From Antedon mediterranea (lineage: Eukaryota; Animalia; Echinodermata): 64,000 nt of DNA. Positions 1 through 44,527 of this stretch are shown piece by piece (the first letter of the stretch is position 1; each line of letters starts with the position of its first letter). The position numbers were made by a program, and so were the translations under genes. The stretch covers positions 16,802,001-16,866,000 of the forward strand of contig NC_092671.1 in assembly GCF_964355755.1 (NCBI RefSeq). The letters are read 5' to 3'. The notes beneath the pieces were generated by a model. That model had not been told where the DNA came from, did not search any database, and was given only the letters and a program-made list of their open reading frames with translations.

Positions 1-2098
1 TGTCAAAAAGAACTACGTATTCTATTTAGACCCTGTTCCAATTGGCTTTTTGCCTGTCTTGATTCATCCATAACTTAATATTTTAGGGGGGAGCTGAGCT
101 TAATCAAAAAGATACATAAATTTATATATAACGCTTTTACTTACTTTTATGACTTTTAATTTTACCCAAAGGAACTGTTGGTACTCAATAATCTATTTAA
201 AATTGGTAAATCATTTTTGTGCATATTCAAATTGTTTGAAGTGAAATTAAATGTTACCTTTTATAGCCTTTAAGTCAGAAAACTCTCCAATGGGATTAGT
301 AAAACCATCTATCTGATTATGTACCTGAGTAGGGGTTGGTCTTAACAAATTGGGTAACAAATATATTTCCGATTTCACAGAAAAGTGTACCATGGGTTCT
401 ACTTCATTTTTCAAGCACAAGATAATTGATATGAAAAAAAAAAAAATAATAAAAAATAACAGATCAGATTTCTATATAATAATATAATACTACTCTATTT
501 CTACGTTTGTCTCCTCCACCCCCAGAAAAAAACTTGGAACTTTGGAAAGCAAGTAAATTAGTTATTCCGCTGAAAAATAAAAATTGATTAAATAAATTTG
601 AAGGTCAATGTCATACTTAACAAACGTAACCAACAATTCTACAACCACAAAGGGGTTAAATCCCTGTTGTAATCAGAGTTCACAAACGCCGAAAAATAAT
701 TTCACGGATATTTAGCAACGAAGACCTACAACCTTGTCCCTAACCTTGATGTTTATCTCATTCTTTATCTGTGACATTAGATTATTCTGGAAAATATCCA
801 AAAAACAGTTGCAACAGCATCAACAAGAACTCAATCTTACTAGGATGTAGAGTTTATTTAAATATTTATATAGTTTTAGATTCTATAAAAAGAAAATTTG
901 TAAAGCAAATTAAAAAAAAAAAGATTCTAGTTCAAGTTTTATTGAACATTTATACCTGTCATTTATTTAAAAGCATAGTTTGATGGGAAATACATATTCA
1001 GAAACTGTAGCATTAATGTACATCCGTGCTCAATAAAGTTAATTGCGAATGATCGTAATAACATAGTGACCAAAGTGATATGTATGTTGGCCAAAAAAGA
1101 ATAATTTAAAGGATTGAAAATGTATGCAAAGCATCATTTAAACACATTGCAAAGTAGTTAAAGCCTTTTGTACGCAAAATGCTTGAGAACAGTGCATCAT
1201 GATTAATCAGTGACTTGTGTCAATCAAAATGATTATTATTGGTAAATAAAAAACATTTTACTTGGAAAACTGTTTGCCTGTTATGATTAAGTTTATATGA
1301 ATTATTTTTAGCACAACCAATCAATTGTCAGTAAGTGATTTTTTTTCTATAAAACTTTGCATTATCTTTTGATAAGGACACTTTATTGACAAAATAAATT
1401 ATGAACTTATAATTTGGTGACAATCATCATTCAAGTCCATGTGTGTAAATTGTAAACACATCAATAACAAAAAGTATTTTAAAAGCTCTTGATGAAGTAG
1501 TCTAATTGGTAAAACTTAGCATAATAATTTATAAAACAGGTTCAATATAGTTTCTAGGAAATTTGCTATTTGTTTTAAAGCTTGTCAACTGAACTTGGCT
1601 GATTGATTGATTGAACTATACTATAGAACTAGAAATATTTCATGCAAATCTTTTTTCCATGTTTAATTTATTCTAAATTAAGTTTGAAAATGTTATAATT
1701 ATATCATTCAATCAACATGCACCTTAATTGCTGGCGTTTAATGAATGTGTATCAATTGAATTGATAATAATTATAATAATAAAGTAATTACTGATTCATC
1801 TCAAGATAAAAGCTAATTCTCAAATTTTGAGCAATTGAGCACAAAAAAAAAACCACTAAATCAGTCAGTCAATCAATCACTCAATCAATGCATTTATTCA
1901 TCTTATTTTCATACAAAATAATATATAAAACTTAAAAGAAAGCACATTTTAATCAATAAAATAAAAGGTAAACAGCATAGAACACAATAAAGATAGTCCT
2001 AGGACAAATGCTTATCCTAAGCGAGGACTAGCCAAGCTAGGAACAGGGGGAAAATTTCAATAAAAACAAATTGTATTATTGCTCTTAGAAAATCTTAC

Positions 2099-34030
<31,932 letters not shown>

Positions 34031-35775
34031 AGTCCTATTGGTAGAAAAACAAAAAGAAACAATGTAGTAATAGTTAATAATATAATAATTAATACAGACT
34101 TTATTGCATCAAAGAAATACCCGTTTTGTTGTTATTATATTATAAAATACAAAATCTTTATTTATACATGCAAGGCAAATGGAAATTATTCATCAACATT
34201 TAAACATTGCCTAGAAGTAATTATATAAAACATTTAATAGGAATTCATCATTTTGTGAGTCTTTATCAATGTAAGCTACTATGACATAGTATATAATGCT
34301 GGAATCTTCATTATTTTTTTCACTATATTTTATTTTTTAATGTAAAGTAACTCAATGTTAATATGTTGACAATAATATTAAAGGTGAAGGGATCATTATA
34401 AATAAGCATATTATTTTTATTAAGTAAATAAATCAACTTAAAAAACAACTGTGTACTATTAGTATAGTATAAACAGCTGTCTTAATATCAACTTATATTG
34501 GTTAAAGAATGATATTTCAAATGTACACTATGTAATTGACATAGCTTACTAGAGTAGTATTTTAAGTTATGGTTATGTGTTGATTTCATGATGAAATCAA
34601 TACTACAATACTAATCAATCTCAACTCATGCACATTATCAAATGCCCTTTCACTGTAAATATTTCATTAGTGAACTGTAAACTATTTAACATTAACAATG
34701 GGTTTTAATCTAGATTTTAAGTATTTGTACAACAAATAATTAGTGTGTTAATAACGTTTAATTGTTGACCTGGGACTGAACTGACTCAATTGAAAAGAAC
34801 TACTACTGCAAAATGGTTGTAATGCTTTGGTAATTATGATTTGAATCTAATAAAAAAAAGAATATTGAGAAATTCTGTACCTTTATGGAAATATTTTGTA
34901 TTAATATTAACTCCATTCATGTTACAGAAGTCACATTAGAAACAGATGATGACACAAAAAATAAAGTTATGATTGAAAGAAACAAAGAAAAAAATGTGGC
35001 AGAATAATATGATTATTAAACATTAATGCTAGTTTCCAGTCATTAGAAAATCATAGTTCCTATGATTTGATTTGCTATTGACGTAATAGGCCTGAGGGGG
35101 AAATTATGTAGCCAATCAGAGTCGAGGAAGGAATGTTCATAAATTTTCACCATTTGGTACTCAATATTATTGCATCATTTATGTATTTTTATTGCCTTTT
35201 TTTTTGGTGGTAAAATTAAATTTGGAATTCAAACATAAACCGGCAATATGGCATCATCATTGTAGGCATAAACAATTTATTTCTATGGTAAATTACAGTG
35301 CTGGTAATACAGATAAAAATAAATTGTATTATGAATTGTAGGCCTATATGATAAAACATATGTTAACTTTAGGCCTATTATTATTATAATTAAAAATATA
35401 ATATATAATAGGGGCCTACCTACAGCTAGGCTACTCTCACTGTACTAACTACTATATAACATTCATTATTCTTAATATAATGAAAATGGACAGCATAATA
35501 ATAATAATGAATATAAAAAGCATATGGCAACATAGATAAATACATACACTCGACTAGACAGTGTAGCCTAGCTAGGCCCAGACCAAACTGAAGCCCTATT
35601 TAGATCAAAGCTTTACTGTCACATTATTATATCAGGGAGGTAATATAATAATATGCCTCCTAACTGGGCAGTAGCCTGCATGCAATTACCTACACGACTG
35701 TACCTGCCTGCTGTGTACCATCTGTACTGTATGTATGTTATGTAGGCTAGTACCATTAGGCCTCTAACTAGTCTA

Positions 35776-35802
35776 TTAGTAGTAGTAGTAGTAGTAGTAG
35801 TA
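35776..35802. repeat. (GTA)n microsatellite
   Basis: Direct reading. Confidence 0.9.
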
Positions 35803-35934
35803 CATCATCGTTACCGTATACCTAGGCCTAGGCTACTAAATTCGCAATAAACTCGAAAATAACTAAATGATAGGCATCAATCAAGTCTAAAAGTGTCGGG
35901 AAATCCAAGTGTGGCTTAATATCACCATACTCAC

Positions 35935-36030
35935 CTTATATCTTATGTTGTAAAATACAAAACAATACACACCAAAACACAGACTTTTTCTCAAGGGTAC
36001 CACCGGTCTGCGGTGTGTTTTGATCGTGAA
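35935..36030 (-). other. CPS1: Probable non-coding 5'UTR exon of CPS gene (5' boundary approximate)
   Basis: The first coding exon has an acceptor (tttctttttgtttttctaccaatag) 4 nt before the ATG, so an upstream exon is implied. There is a strong donor AAG|GTGAGT at 35935/35934 in a GC-richer patch. Confidence 0.55.
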
Positions 36031-36101
36031 TGATGCATGTGCGCACACATGAAACAAAGTTATGCGCATGCCCTTGTAAATAGTTGCATCATCGCGGACG
36101 G

Positions 36102-36750
36102 CTATGGAACGCCATCGCTGCCTTCGGCAGCAAACTTTAATTCTATTCGGCTCTTTTACCATTACGTTCGGCTCTTTTAGCATTTGGCGCATTTCTATTC
36201 GGCCCATTTACCATTACGTTCGGCTCTTTCAGCATTCGGCACATTTCTATTTGGCCCATTTACCATTACGTTCGGCTCTTTCAGCATTCGGCTCTTTCAG
36301 CATTCGGCTCTTTTTTATTCGGCCCATTTACAATTACGTTCGGCTCTTTTTAATTCGGCCCTTTTTTATTCGGCTCGTTCTGCATTACGTTCGGCTCTTT
36401 TTGATTTGGCCCTTTTTTATACGGCGCAATTAAATTCTAACCTTTTACATGGGGTCAAACGGAAGAAAATCAACGGCTGGAAATGAGTCTATGAAAAGTT
36501 TACAAAACATATAGATGCAGCATGTAGAGTGTTTGGTTGGTTGAATTAAATGAATTTGAAGGCTATTTCAATATGACTAATCATTTTATTGACATGATTA
36601 ATGTGTTAGAGAACTTGCAATTTTCCCACCCTATTGACTATTAAATGGGCCGAATAGAAATGCGCCGAATGCTAAAAGAGCCGAACGTAATGGTAAAAGA
36701 GCCGAATAGAATTAAAGTTTGCTTCCGGAGGCAGCGATGGCGTTCCATAG
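36102..36750. mobile_element. Foldback-type non-autonomous transposon, ~110-bp TIRs, internal ttcggctcttt subrepeats, 4-bp direct flank ACGG
   Basis: 36102-36210 is the reverse complement of 36642-36750; acgg at 36098-36101 and 36751-36754. Confidence 0.8.
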
Positions 36751-37530
36751 ACGGCGACGTCAGTGATTTTGTTTTTTTTAATACCGCGAAATTCAAACAA
36801 ACAAAATCAAAATTATGGTATTCATTTTGTAGCTTTATTTCAAATATTAACTGCACTTTGATTACTATTAACATTATGAACAAATATAAGTAGGCTTAGG
36901 AAGTGGGTTGTTCACTACGAACATATTCAGATGTTTGATTTGTGGCTTATTTGAAACATCAAAACACACGACAATTATGTTAATTGTTATGGGTATCAGA
37001 GTAGGCCTATATATGAACAAATTTTGAACATATTGTACGAGACATGAGGAGTTTTTGTTTTAATTAACAAAATATCTATTTATTACAATTAGCCTATTTA
37101 TTAATATAATTTACTGCTTTTTTCGTCAACCTAAGACGTAACAATATTAGGCCTAGTCAATGACATCATTAGAGGCCTATATAGATAAAAGTAACTTGAC
37201 TCTGTGACGCAAATAAGGGAGGAGTTTATTTGGAGGTGAATTTTAACACCCAAAGTTACCTGAACAAGCTGCTTAAAATAGTTAAAGTTGTTAAGGAACA
37301 AGTTGATGTGCTATTCTGATCCTGTTTTTTTTGTTACCTGTAGTTATTTGAACAGCAAATAGGCCTAAGTCCATTATTATGCTGGGAAATGAAGTGAAAT
37401 ATTTTCGAGTTCTTGGGGTAAATATCCGATCTGTTTCATCTTCGTTGTAAACCCATTATTCTCAACGTGTTTTTTATAGGCCTATATAATAGACTTTCCG
37501 TTTAATTTCTTTCTTTTATCAAATCATTCT

Positions 37531-37720
37531 TTAAAGTTCCCCTGAAAAAATAATTCTTAAACATTCTGTTGTTGAATATGCCATTTAAGGCTACATAATA
37601 GTTATTATTCACTATTACCAAAAATTGGAAGTGATTAGCCTTTATTAAATCTACAAAATGGCCTATTCAAAGTCGGATTTAATTAATCTTTATTTTTCAT
37701 GTTTTTGGGGGACAATTTAA
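37531..37720. mobile_element. MITE family member (ttaaag..tcccc / ggggacaa..ttaa); relatives at 58910-59303 and 60088-60416
   Basis: Shared gaatatgccattt, cctattcaaagtc.gattt and tttgggggacaat blocks. Confidence 0.55.
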
Positions 37721-38805
37721 ATAATGTTTTATGATATTAACACAGAAGCCTCTCTTATATATTTTTGGAACAATATTATATACATTTTACCTTTGTGTCT
37801 TTAAGTAGGCCTACTATTATTTTATTATCAACCTGTCATTGATACTATTATATACACTTTATTAAAAAACTTTAAAAAATTAACTCTCAATTTCTGGTAA
37901 TACATGTATGAAATAAATGTAACATTTTCTTAATGAAAACTAAATAATTTATCTTATATAAATAATAAGTAATGTCTTGATTGCATAGAAAAGTACCGAT
38001 AGCCTACACTTAGAGTAAATAAGTGTGTTTTAAAAATGTTTGATAACTCATTTGTGGAAAGCATTTTAACATTTTCTTTTACTTTGAATTTACCTTTTAT
38101 AATGTTAGTTCTACAATTTAAAGCTAAGAGAGATCTGGGCTAGTGAAAATTGTAAATGTATGTTCAAAAATTACAGGATGCTCATTGCAAAAAAATATTT
38201 CATTTTTATTTTAGCTAAACGAAAATATATATTGAAACACCGGAACATGCCCTATTTCATGAGTTCGAACTTCTACCACATGATCTTCGGTAGGAAAAAA
38301 CGAAAACTAAATTCTTTTGTTGCAACTAGTATTAGACTGTTAAACAAAAGTTCCCAATAAATTTGCTCATGGAGGATAGTATTAGGAATTATGAATTTTG
38401 TAGATTTAGTCTAAGACGTTACGCTTAAATGTGATTTGATTTTTTTATTTTAAAATTAATTATTACTATGTATCTTTGAAGTCCTTGTTGAGATTACCCC
38501 TCGCGGGATGAATAAAGAATTTGAAATATAGGCTCATTGCAATTATAATAACATTGTTCTTTATTCAAGTTAATCCCATATTTATCCTCCAACGTTTAGA
38601 ACAAACACAAAAGTAATCGAAAAAGTTAGTAATGATCTCACACCAAAATCTACCAATTCGGGAGGTTTTGGAAATCACGTGCCGTTTAGCGATGCATATG
38701 GACAACTGAGACAACAATATGAGACTCAATTTATATCCGATTCAACCTAAAGTAATATAAAAACAATCATCTTCATAGAATCGGGTGTAGCTAATAATAT
38801 TTCGT

Positions 38806-39810
38806 TTAACATTTATTTAATTTACTTATCTCGTCACTAGACAACGTTTTGTTAAAAAACTTTATTTCGTCTATAAAACCATAAAACAACTGTCCGTCGT
38901 CGTTATTTCTGTAGCCTCCTCCAATAGAAACGGGTGTGTTTACTATTGGAATCGAACCGCTACAACAATCAGACCTGTCTTGCTCTTCTGCATTTAAATA
39001 TAATATCATTTCACTACCATCGTACGTCATCACAAGATGTTGCCACTTTCCCTGAAATCCAGAGGAATCATCTGCACGCAATCTATACCCACCCGTGTTG
39101 AATATGGACGCTTTGATGTGCGTTGGTTGTAGATGTGCTATTTCAAATTCACCGTCACTATGCACACCATTATTTAAGATACGATATTTGCCCGATTGGT
39201 CAACTTTGAACCAGATACTAATGCTAAATTTCGATCCAAAATCGTAGTTACGGAAAGCATCAACGTATACTAATTGACCAGTAAACGCAGCTGCATTGCC
39301 GACCAATCCACTACAGTATGTTAAGTTTGTACCATCATTTACAATAATAACCCTACCGTGACGCCCATTTCCTGATGTATCATCAACGTTGCCTTCAAAT
39401 GCGTAATGCGCCAACAAATCTTCATCTGGATATCGGTAATCAGTCGTAATGTTAATACTTTCTGGAGTTGTTACAACGTTTTGATCAGTGCTAAGATAGT
39501 TATTAACTGATTGTTCATAGTTGGTTATTTCTTCTTCATCAACTGGTGTTCCAACGCTGCGATCATCATTTCGAAGAGAACTCCCGTTATTTTCTGATGT
39601 TACATAAAAGTCAGTGATTATTTCTTCATAAGCTTGTGTTCCATTTGTTGTATAATTCAGTTTTAAGCTTGGGTACCGAACGCATTTCCTTTCTTTTATT
39701 GTTAGCTTTTTCAAGTTATTTTTTTTAAATGTTGACTCGCCGTTTCCAAATGGATGTATAACCATTATTGTACCAATACACAGTGCAGCCACTTGATAAA
39801 TCCAAAACAT
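38806..39810 (-). CDS. Secreted LamG / Concanavalin-A-like lectin-glucanase fold protein, copy A (uninterrupted ORF; upstream in-frame ATG at 39891)
   Basis: Signal-peptide-like MFWIYQVAALCIGTIMVIHPFG, Thr/Ser/acidic stalk, then LLAHYAFEGN.DD.SGNG.HG ... FSISIWFK ... WQHLVMTYDG...LYLN ... IGG ... F.G.IDEIKFFN..LS..EI (Laminin_G_3-like pattern). Confidence 0.85.
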   Translation of the reverse strand: MFWIYQVAALCIGTIMVIHPFGNGESTFKKNNLKKLTIKERKCVRYPSLKLNYTTNGTQAYEEIITDFYVTSENNGSSLRNDDRSVGTPVDEEEITNYEQSVNNYLSTDQNVVTTPESINITTDYRYPDEDLLAHYAFEGNVDDTSGNGRHGRVIIVNDGTNLTYCSGLVGNAAAFTGQLVYVDAFRNYDFGSKFSISIWFKVDQSGKYRILNNGVHSDGEFEIAHLQPTHIKASIFNTGGYRLRADDSSGFQGKWQHLVMTYDGSEMILYLNAEEQDRSDCCSGSIPIVNTPVSIGGGYRNNDDGQLFYGFIDEIKFFNKTLSSDEISKLNKC

Positions 39811-40779
39811 TATTCTAATGAAGAAAAATAATCGAGAAAAATAATCGCGAAGAATAAAAAACATGTTAACAAACAGGTTACTTTTAGACATAATTGATAA
39901 TTACGAGATGTTTCTGATAGAATAGCCTACAAAACAAACAGTGAACAAACTTTAAATACTAAAATTAACAAATTAAAATCGCAAAATAAACCAATACGCC
40001 TAACCAAAACAACAAATAAAAGCATAGAATGAACAAATTAAAATTATAAAATGAATACGTTTTCAAAGTCCCGGTACTGTATCTTGATTTTTGTTGTAAA
40101 CCAACATCTGTGGACTACACTGACTATTACCGTAAACACATAATGTAGGCCTAGTTTATACAAACCTAACAACATCCAAAGACAATAATCTAAATTCGAA
40201 AAGCAACGTGAATACTGTTGACGTACATATGTAGTTCTGAAAAGGAGACGTTTCGATTAATATGCTTCGGTCGTCCTCAGGAGTAAGAGTGCAGATAGTC
40301 CAGAAAAAATGGAGCCTATAACAACGGTTAATACTGTGACAGGAGTGCGAGATGTGAGTTTTTTTTATTCGTAGAAGAATGGCCTATCAATGTTAAATAA
40401 AAGCACAGAAAATGTAATATCTTTAATTAAGTTATATGCATTAGCATGCATATAACTTTATAGCCAGCAATCGATGTGGTTAGCTTTTCACGGTGCGCTA
40501 TCAACAATTACACGGTCTACACGCGCGATTTAATGAAATTATGTTGAAATGTATGAAATCATATCTGTCATAATTAAACCAAATTTGGTACTTTCAGTAA
40601 TTTCAGGTCATATTTCATCATATTGCAATACAATTACGTGTGTAGCGCATATAACGCATGCGTATTACAATTTTAAAATTTGTCAAAATTTATTTTCGAT
40701 GAAATTAGAGTACGTTTTCAGGCAATTTTAAGCGTTTAATGTGATCGGGTTGTTTTATTCAAGGTCGACGTGCAATGAT

Positions 40780-43127
40780 AAGCAGAAAAGACACTTGGTA
40801 TAGGCCTATCCTATATACCGGCCATCATTCTTATGACAAAATGAAACACCAAACACGAGAGAAAACAATTGTTGAAATTGTTAAAAGAAATTTATTTAAT
40901 ACATATATCTAAAGTACTGTTATTTACGGTATATTAAGAGTTTCAGTTAATCAATTTTTTTTTTATTATTTGCTATTTAGTTTTAGGCCTATAATAGTTA
41001 TCGTAGCCTAAAACTTTACATTTATCTTCTTTTTCTTCATATTAAATACGTTAAATTAATTACTTCAACATATGGCATATTTCTTAATTATACTATTTCT
41101 TATGCAAGTTGGTGTTAATCTTTGATTAGTTTCTTTTAACTAAATCTTATCAACTTTTGTCAATGTTTATTTTGTTTTTCAAAATCAAACAAGACAGACA
41201 CTTGATAATATCCTATCATTCTTGTGAAAAAGTGGAACACCGAAAAAAACTACATTTAGGCATATTCTAAAATCCAAAATGTTCCTTTATATATTATTAT
41301 GTAGGCCAATTTATATAGCATCATAGTATATGAACAAATTCGAAACATAAAAACCAAGGAGATTTTGTATTGAAAGAAATAAAATATCGATTTTGATAAA
41401 GATTAATTAATAATGTCTTCAACTTAAGATCACACAACAATAGTATTTATATTAAGAGTTTCAGTTTATCAATTAATATTTTTATTATTTGCTGTTTATT
41501 TTTAGGCCTATAATAGTTATCGTAACTTAGGCCTTAAACTTTACATTTATCTTCTTTTTCTTCATATTAAATACGTTTATATTCTTTGGTCATATGACAT
41601 AGATGTCAAGTAACTTGACTCTGTGGTGCAGCATTGTCTGCTTTTGAATTTAAAAAAAAACCGTCAATATAAATTAGAAAAACTTGAATAAGTTTATTGG
41701 TTTGTTGGTAATGTTTCTAATGATTTAGTTGGGGAGCCAGAAATGGTTCATCTGCACCTTCTAGCAAACTGTGTAAACAATGTTTTTTGCTTCCTTATAT
41801 CAATACAAATAAATTTTTTGTTTGTTGGCCGAAAAAATAATTGGGATGCTTGTCAGTAAAGGGGCCAAAAGGTTATTATGGTCAAAGTTAGTATTGTTCG
41901 TAACTACTGGATGTATTGGAATATTTATATATATATACTCTAATGGGCAACTTTTGCCAAAGGTGAACGGAAACCCCTTTTCTGAACACTGGTCAAGAAA
42001 TTGGCCATATGAATATCCCATCAACCACTGGTCAGAAAGTGATAATTGTGGTCTCAAATTACTTGCAAAGTATATGTTTATATTTGTTCTAATGTAATAA
42101 AAATCATAAAACTGTCAATAAACCCCTAATTTTGACCTTTGACATATAGCCGGCACACTTTGGCTTGGAGCACACTTTTCATATCTCAGAAATTGTTGGG
42201 CGGATATGGTCGGAGTTGGTGTCAAAATACTCACAAGATACATATTTCTATTCACTTTAAGTGACAACTTTTGCCAAAAATGACCATGAAACATAGAATA
42301 TAGCCATATCAATATCTCAGCAACCACTAGTCAGAAAGTTATAATTTTAGTCTCAAATTACTTTATTACAGTATTTTGAGACCAAAGCTGTGTGACGTGG
42401 TTGCTAAATATTTCTATGGTCATTTTCTTGATCAGTGGTCATGATATGTCTTTTGGCACTTGTTCATTAGAGTGATATCAATATGAGTGTATTTTGATAT
42501 TAAGCAAAGACAACATTCGCTAGCTATAGAATAGAATACAATAACTATGGCATATAGAGTACCGGTAACATAATAAAAATAAAATATGAGACGTCTATAC
42601 AACAATGGATCCTCTTTCCATCAGGTTTTATTAAATTGTGTTCTGTTAACTTCTTTAATTATATCTTCTGTAGTTAATGTTTTGTTGAACAATTTAATTT
42701 CGTCCAATGCACCAAAGAATAATGGTCCTTTAATAGAAATGGTTCCTCCAATAACAACTGGTGTATTTTTTCTTGGAATCGAACCGTTACAACAATCTGA
42801 AGTGTCTTTTTGTTCTGCGTTCAGATACAACACCATATTACTGCCATTGTACGTCATTGCAACGTGATTCCATTCCAGAAACCCAGAATCATCAACTGCA
42901 TTCATTCTAAGTCCAGACTGCGTGTTAAATATAGATGCTCCGATTTGTGTTCCCTGTTGCAATTGTATCTCAAATCCACCATGACTACGGAAACCATTAC
43001 TTAAGATGTGTGGTTGATTAGGTACCGTTTTGTTACGCTTAAACCACAAACTTGCTGTAAAACTGGGCCCGAAATCAAAGTTATTAAAATCATGAACTTG
43101 AATTTTTTGACCATTAAATATAGCTGC
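40780..43127. repeat. Segmental duplication of 50190-53903 (with internal deletions)
   Basis: 40780-42390 aligns with 50190-51800, and 42525-43127 with 53295-53903. Confidence 0.85.
41726..42490. mobile_element. Truncated copy of the long-TIR element at 51111
   Basis: Starts tagttgggga.ccagaaatggttca like 51111; right TIR absent. Confidence 0.7.
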
Positions 43128-43649
43128 ATTGCCGACCAATCCACTACAGTATGTTAAGTTTGTACCATCATTTACAATAATATGAATAACCCTACCGTGA
43201 CGCCCATTTCCTGATGTATCATCAACGTTGCCTTCAAATGCGTAATGCGCCAACAAATCTTCATCTGGATATCGGTAATCAGTCGTAATGTTAATACTTT
43301 CTGGAGTTGTTACAAAGTTTTGGTCAGTGCTAAGATAGTTATTAACTGATGGTTCATAGTTGGTTATTTCTTCTTCATCAACTGGTGTTCCAACGCTGCG
43401 ATCATCATTTCGAAGAGAACTCCCGTTATTTTCTGATGTTACATAAAAGTCAGTGATTATTTCTTCATAAGCTTGTGTTCCATTTTTTGTATAATTCAGT
43501 TTTAAGCTTGGGTACCGAACGCATTTCCTTTCTTTTATTGTTAGCTTTTTCAAGTTATTTTTTTTAAATGTTGACTCGCCGTTTCCAAATGGATGTATAA
43601 CCATTATTGTACCAATACACAGTGCAGCCACTTGATAAATCCAAAACAT
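42621..43649 (-). CDS. LamG-fold protein, copy B (chimera: A-type 5' half, E-type 3' half; upstream in-frame ATG at 43730)
   Basis: 369-aa ORF with the same motifs. Confidence 0.85.
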   Translation of the reverse strand: MFWIYQVAALCIGTIMVIHPFGNGESTFKKNNLKKLTIKERKCVRYPSLKLNYTKNGTQAYEEIITDFYVTSENNGSSLRNDDRSVGTPVDEEEITNYEPSVNNYLSTDQNFVTTPESINITTDYRYPDEDLLAHYAFEGNVDDTSGNGRHGRVIHIIVNDGTNLTYCSGLVGNAAIFNGQKIQVHDFNNFDFGPSFTASLWFKRNKTVPNQPHILSNGFRSHGGFEIQLQQGTQIGASIFNTQSGLRMNAVDDSGFLEWNHVAMTYNGSNMVLYLNAEQKDTSDCCNGSIPRKNTPVVIGGTISIKGPLFFGALDEIKLFNKTLTTEDIIKEVNRTQFNKT

Positions 43650-44269
43650 TATTCTAATGAAGAAAAATAATCGAGAAAAATAATCGCGAAGAATAAAAAA
43701 CATGTTAACAAATAGGTTACTTTTAGACATAATTGATAATTACGAGATGTTTCTGATAGAATAGCCTACAAAACAAACAGTGAACAAACTTTAAATACTA
43801 AAATTAACAAATTAAAATCGCAAAATAAACCAATACGCCTAACCAAAATAACAAATAAAAGCATAGAATGAACAAATTAAAATTATAAAATGAATACGTT
43901 TTCAAAGTCCCGGTACTGTATCTTGGTTTTTGTTGTAAACCAACATCTGTCGACTACACTGACTATTACCGTAAAAACATAATGTAGGCCTAGTTTATAC
44001 AAACCTAACAACATCCAAAGACAATAATCTAAATTCGTGAATACTGTTGACATATGTAGTTTTCGATTAATATGCTTAGGTCGTCCTCAGGAGTAAGAGT
44101 GCAGATAGTCCAGAAAAAATGGAGCCTATAACAACGTGAATACTGTAACAGGAGTGCGAGATGTGAGTTTTTTTTTATTCGTAGAAGAATGGCCTATCAA
44201 TGTTAAATAAAAGCACAGAAAATGTAATATCTTTAATTAAGTTATATGCATTAGCATGCATATAACTTT

Positions 44270-44527
44270 ATAGTCAGTGTAGTCGACAGATGTTGGTTTA
44301 CAACAAAAACCAAGATACAGTACCGGGACTTTGAAAACGTATTCATTTTATAATTTTAATTTGTTCATTCTATGCTTTTATTTGTTATTTTGGTTAGGCG
44401 TATTGGTTTATTTTGCGATTTTAATTTGTTAATTTTAGTATTTAAAGTTTGTTCACTGTTTGTTTTGTAGGCTATTCTATCAGAAACATCTCGTAATTAT
44501 CAATTATGTCTAAAAGTAACCTATTTG
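44270..44527. repeat. 258-bp inverted duplication of 43709-43966 at the LINE 5' junction
   Basis: Reverse complement carrying B-specific bases (gtagtcgacag, aaccaaga, aacctattt). Confidence 0.93.

Noticed and set aside
258-323. Possible further CPS exon (minus strand, AG...GT bounded)
   Set aside because: In the required phase it gives a stop after four codons and does not match the expected IDLVINLP-type CPS C-terminus.
35887-36893. Paired ORFs MGRIEMR.. / MERHRCLR..
   Set aside because: Mirror translations of the foldback element's inverted arms.
39811-39891. Upstream ATG (MSKSNLF...) as the true start of LamG A and B
   Set aside because: Not adopted as the primary start. Paralogs C, E and F align from the MFWIYQV/MHWSYKV/MYRIYQV methionine, which begins a signal-peptide-like segment. 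The upstream ATG remains possible.
41800-42327. ORFs repeated at 41800-42327 and 51110-52004
   Set aside because: They fall in the non-coding arms of the long-TIR element and show no transposase motifs.
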